Part shown: piece after piece, positions 63,306-64,000 of the stretch | Position numbering within the stretch: position 1 is the stretch's first letter | Layout: each line of letters begins with the position of its first letter | Source of the DNA: Callorhinchus milii | Lineage: Eukaryota | Length of the DNA stretch: 64,000 nt | Assembly (NCBI RefSeq): GCF_018977255.1 | Contig: NW_024704742.1 | Coordinates: forward strand, 3,040,001 to 3,104,000 | Direction: 5' to 3' | Translations under genes and position numbers: made by a program | The notes under the pieces: model-generated | Seen by the model: the letters and a program-made list of their open reading frames with translations, nothing else | What the model was told of the DNA's origin: nothing | The model's database searches: none

Positions 63306-64000
63306 CAAAATGCTAATCCGTGCATTTGATGCGCTCTTAACTTTCAAGTTGATGTCCTGTTTTTCTTTTAAGACTTATCCCTTACCTCCCGATTTGCAAA
63401 GTCCACTTCAAGGCTGTCCTCTTTAATCGCCCTTTCAGTCTATCCTTCGCCACCCCCCCGCTTGGGCCTTGAAACCACAACCTTCTTCAATTGGAAGTGA
63501 GATCTACGAACTGCGCTAAGAGGAAGTTTCAGCCCTTTGGTGACAACTGCCATCACTTGCTAATGGCTTAACTTATACAGCATGTGGATTTGACCCTCAG
63601 TTCAAGGTCTAGGACAGAGGACATAAACAGCAGTTCCATTTGAGCAAATAACTGAGAAATGAGGATGAAAATAAATGCAAAGAATGCTGGAAATCGAAAC
63701 CCAAGCTAAAAAATGTTCGCAATCAGCTGTATGTCACGAGTAAAGAAAAATGAATATCTCAGATCAGAGCCGTTCAATTTTTGAATCACACTTACGCCCA
63801 CGTTAATTAATTGTCAAAATAAACTTTTTTTACAATTGAGTTTTCAAACCAAAGCATAGATATGTATCTGTACCTGTTACGCTGAACTGAACAAATTCAG
63901 CTATAAATTCTTCAGGCATTTTTTTTCTCAGATAATACACTTCAATACATTTGTGCACTAGATGGTGTTTTGTGAAGCTTGTTTTATATCATTTATGTAG

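Noticed and set aside
1..64000. CRISPR arrays, operons, prokaryotic defence systems, intact autonomous transposons, rRNA
   Set aside because: There are no regularly spaced direct repeats and no long ORFs. All features fit repeat-rich vertebrate non-coding DNA.

Overview
This is vertebrate nuclear DNA, almost certainly non-coding (a large intron or intergenic region). The repeat content points to a cartilaginous fish, plausibly a chimaera; that assignment is inference. I recognise no host protein-coding gene, rRNA, true tRNA gene or CRISPR array. The ORF-track entries are chance ORFs or decayed retrotransposon ORF2 pieces. The window is dominated by: (1) a young tRNA-Ala-headed SINE ending in an L2-type hairpin and (ATT)n, present as long, short and hybrid forms; (2) an older Deu-domain (SacSINE1/AmnSINE1-like) SINE; (3) 5'-truncated L2 and CR1 LINE fragments; (4) degraded LF-SINE-like and AmnSINE2-like relics; (5) a GGGG-terminated palindromic MITE; and (6) an old ~600-bp dispersed repeat with six copies that I cannot assign to any class. 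The best observations are the unclassified repeat, an exact 44-bp inverted templated insertion inside a SINE head, covariation in the shared SINE/L2 3' hairpin with an apparent loop swap, and several nested insertions that give relative ages. Repeat family names come from recalled consensus similarity, not from a database search, and boundaries of old repeats are approximate.
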